Positions 62,001-64,000 of a DNA stretch of 64,000 nt are shown here, in pieces. Every line of letters begins with the position of its first letter. Positions within the stretch are counted from its first letter, which is position 1. Location of the stretch: positions 257,072 to 321,071 of the forward strand of contig JAHDYR010000011.1 in the NCBI GenBank assembly GCA_019828565.1. The letters run 5' to 3'. The translations under genes were made by a program, and so were the position numbers. The stretch comes from Carpediemonas membranifera BICM. Taxonomy: Eukaryota > Protista > Fornicata. The notes beneath the pieces are model-generated. The model was not told where the DNA came from. It saw nothing but the letters and a program-made list of their open reading frames with translations, and did no database searches.

Positions 62001-63252
62001 CATACTTGGTCGTGTCAACGCACCTGACGTCGCATGACTCGTACCATAGACCAGTCAGGAAGTATTCAACGAGACTAGTCTTCAGAGGATTGTTGCAAGG
62101 ATAAACTGCGTCGTCGCCTGGACAATAGTTGCCGACTGGGCAGGCTGTGCACGGGTCGGCGCTGCTCAGGCGATATTCCCCGATCTCGCAGGCTGCGGTG
62201 TGGGAGATCACGGTTTTGGCAGGAATATTCGGGGTGTATCTGTTGTACGACCGCTGTGTCATTGTGCCAGGTGCCCCACCAGTCAACTCGACGCCGTCAC
62301 CGGAGGTCGAGTAGAGCGTTGTGCTGGCGGTCATAGCCGCAGACAGGTCGCCTGTGTATGGCTGGCCGGCTGAAATGAGTGATTCAAAATGGCAACGACC
62401 GGCCGACTCGACGGCGAGTGCTGGCACGAAGTTGTTACCCGCAGTACAAGCGGCGGTGAGCAGGCTGCCGAGGTTTGTTGTCGCGGTCGTCTCGCACGCG
62501 CTGAGGCCCATGGAGTAGGAACTGACGCTGTCGACGATATCGCGTGCCTTGACGAGCTGATTCTCCACCCAGGAGTCGTCGATCGTGCAGGTCGGGTCAT
62601 ATATGCAAGATATTGAGTGATTCAAAGCCAGCGCGACAGCAGTCAGGCCTTGAGCGGTGAGCAGACCAACGACACCAGCTAGACCGTCTTCTGCATAGAT
62701 TTCAGAAACGGCGGAGCTGCTTTCGGTGGTTACAGCGGCAATGGCGGCCTCAGTGTCAGCCGTGGAGCCGCACTGGGCGCTAAGGATGGCGTTGCATGGG
62801 ACTGTGGTGGTCTTGCATACTGTGGCAGTGAACCGATGCAGGTCTGAGAACATTGCGGCCGTGATCGACTTGGCCTCGGTGATCTCATTGGTTGCGTCGT
62901 CTTCGGCGAGGGAGGCCATAAAAATGACGAGATCGGCAAGCTCAGGCATAGCTCTGAATGCATTGTACGCGGTTGTGGCGTCGGACAGTGCACTCCTGAA
63001 GCCATTGGCGGAGCAAACGGAGGAAGAGTCGCCAGTAAAGCCGAGAGCAATCAAAGAATAGGGTGTTAGGTCCACCGATGAACCACTGAAGCTGCATTCA
63101 CCTGATGATAGCGAAATGGCGGGAGAAAAAGTGCTGGACAACAGTGCTGCGTCCCCATGGAGCTCGACAATCGCTCTGGAGATAGGATGATTGTACACAT
63201 TCACTGCGCCCAAGCAAAGGGATATAGTAAGCAATGCAACAAGGAGGCGCAT
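59095..63252 (-). CDS. Large type I membrane protein: GCC2/GCC3-like Cys repeats, LamG-like and Fn3-like modules, TM helix, Cys/His-rich cytoplasmic tail
   Basis: Signal peptide; CTACPVGNYCPG; CVSCPSGS...SASQCSC; IAFTIDGEYIG; TM IFAWVAVLVVCSVMAVGLLGVGVV; CxxC clusters after the TM. Confidence 0.8.
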   Translation of the reverse strand: MRLLVALLTISLCLGAVNVYNHPISRAIVELHGDAALLSSTFSPAISLSSGECSFSGSSVDLTPYSLIALGFTGDSSSVCSANGFRSALSDATTAYNAFRAMPELADLVIFMASLAEDDATNEITEAKSITAAMFSDLHRFTATVCKTTTVPCNAILSAQCGSTADTEAAIAAVTTESSSAVSEIYAEDGLAGVVGLLTAQGLTAVALALNHSISCIYDPTCTIDDSWVENQLVKARDIVDSVSSYSMGLSACETTATTNLGSLLTAACTAGNNFVPALAVESAGRCHFESLISAGQPYTGDLSAAMTASTTLYSTSGDGVELTGGAPGTMTQRSYNRYTPNIPAKTVISHTAACEIGEYRLSSADPCTACPVGNYCPGDDAVYPCNNPLKTSLVEYFLTGLWYESCDVRCVDTTKYVSLGGGALTCVDPPAGTQVDSDSGVVVALTTPADEDVASTLFVGSTPTARYERGVRLDGNTVLTALETDVLGIAVKIDSTKITSDPMSIFEIYGLISVSLKCTDRLCQLHAWVPSASLTDYASSSFTVSANQMIGVTLTAGSTRIAFTIDGEYIGSTVLPPMLYDLALLHEHGVLVGLGADGPLAMPVNTTGVFDVSQSSGWTASRVSGLVTDLVVTTRAVFPEDFGVDTYPTGSGSTVATVTDQYSGLPETCSSGVIGGTYCMCGASEIKAVVLTSLTLTVESTVAQTLAAMGVFSTDLSNKVPATCTTSTDISCLGLFTGINKGKLAYLSTSNAIVLPAGTNNVTLSYLSDTPVTNVTVGFDSTTEVPSVTMTTNGETVSLVPFDFTSTSTMRAIQSHVYSDLSAFSAPHFTCVSCPSGSSRASAPQTSASQCSCEVGLAKSAVGMCEPLLAALDPPSITVANETLSTDMLEVTCVDCADAKVAVTVGWKYLELDFTSSDTASVSLAGLSGNVTATATVSAAGRLQSGQATASFSVIQKMKTPVIYPTSATNSDTRKVSIKCPLASDLMYEYIEKPVTTLVLEEEGVRHQADTEATIDVLYGMVRAWCVHPTYGASDKVYGLYYLQDATVADAADEPIFAWVAVLVVCSVMAVGLLGVGVVSAACCGCLRLLFVAKIHTIPNRLADLALRRLYRIKLRHAKEEAMPSAVEDNAHRTYAVTDVFPVGDRLFKHSASARTNLTHILDNHVSVFNESARDTSFPTRTVRDINAEINWGRVFTAPSAPSFEPECCSCGSGSGELAHYGHVTIKRAMSGMPDWIRVKYYCRKCIYGCPIFSKHDIEPEVGETIIHTMVCADCPGLHKSLFIVPNGNFHHSRNEWGMVCETHLPNHAPSDEENQVEMPVLACHVCGVHAATFKASLYADNKARWRSEVLMCLVCHARYYGHALRASSERNSKTWSVAEMADL

Positions 63253-63518
63253 TGGCTACCTTCAGGAACTGCTCGTTGGAAATTTTCGAGCGATCATCTT
63301 CCACTCTCGGGCAAAACTGCGACCGACTTCTAAATCATCTTTTCTCCGCGAGGAAAGTGGTCGTGATAGTCTCGCAGGGTCAGTGAGCTCCAAGCACGAA
63401 GCAGCAATCAGATTTTCTTGCACGGTTGAACCGCCCCGGCGCCTCTGCTCATCAGAGCAACAGTTATAAGATGATTTACCGGAGAAAAATGCACGAGCAG
63501 GGCAAATACCAGAGTCGG

Positions 63519-64000
63519 CTACGTCCGGCTTACCTCAGGAGGCATCACATGCCGAGCCAGCCCGTTCAGCGTCGTCTCGATCGACCCCGTCTGGCTCGTT
63601 AGCCAGCTCGTTGCACTCATGAAGACCTTGATATTCTGGGAAATCTGATTAATATCGGGCGAATCTGGGGTTTTGATTGTCTTAACAGTGAGTTTTTTGG
63701 GAAAGTCCGGAAGTGGATTGGGGGAGGCCCGATTTGCCTCGATTGCCCTAGCCAGCTCGCGGGCAGCCAGGAGCTCGCAGTTAGAGTCACCAACAGAGAT
63801 GAAAGTGACTGATTCGCTCTTGGCCGACTTGACGAGGTGGATGAAGCTCATGAGCTTCCAAACGACATAGGCAGACTCTCCGTGCTTCTCAACAGAGTAG
63901 CGGCTTCCAAACATCTCTCTAGCAGAGATGATTTGGACTCTATCCATGAATTGCGAGAGGGAGGGACAGAATCGTTCGATGGACGAAAGAACCCAACGGG
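63519..64000 (-). CDS. HAD-superfamily hydrolase-like protein, C-terminal part (5'-partial)
   Basis: IISARE, WKLMSF, FISVGDSNCELLAA (HAD motif IV-like GDSxxE) and VKTIK; the frame is open to the window end. Confidence 0.65.
   Translation of the reverse strand, partial: RWVLSSIERFCPSLSQFMDRVQIISAREMFGSRYSVEKHGESAYVVWKLMSFIHLVKSAKSESVTFISVGDSNCELLAARELARAIEANRASPNPLPDFPKKLTVKTIKTPDSPDINQISQNIKVFMSATSWLTSQTGSIETTLNGLARHVMPPEVSRT

Overview
Gene-dense eukaryotic (protist) DNA, not prokaryotic. It has short intergenic spaces and ten recognisable GT-AG spliceosomal introns (eight of 29-37 nt, plus 85 and 103 nt). The compact architecture, intron style and expanded RCC1/BLIP-II-like family suggest a free-living fornicate/metamonad such as Carpediemonas (inference, not verified). 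About 30 protein genes are recognisable. Housekeeping genes include PRPS, CIA1, FAR11/STRIP, VMA12, eL18, UFD2, IFRD, EXS, Grx, PDI and PRCP. Secreted or surface proteins include a MACPF/perforin, a subtilisin, a PSI-LRR protein and a type I receptor with a Cys-rich tail. Three transcription factors lie within 7.5 kb: CCT, GARP/SHLQKF and a 3-exon divergent TALE homeobox whose homeodomain is absent from the ORF track. There are three members of a lineage-specific RCC1-like family: one intact, one pseudogene carrying a ~254-bp insertion, and one fused to ankyrin and OTU-like protease domains. A degenerate CRE-type RLE non-LTR retrotransposon remnant lies near 58-59 kb. No rRNA, intact tRNA or CRISPR array was seen. 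All domain calls are by motif recognition; no database searches were run.
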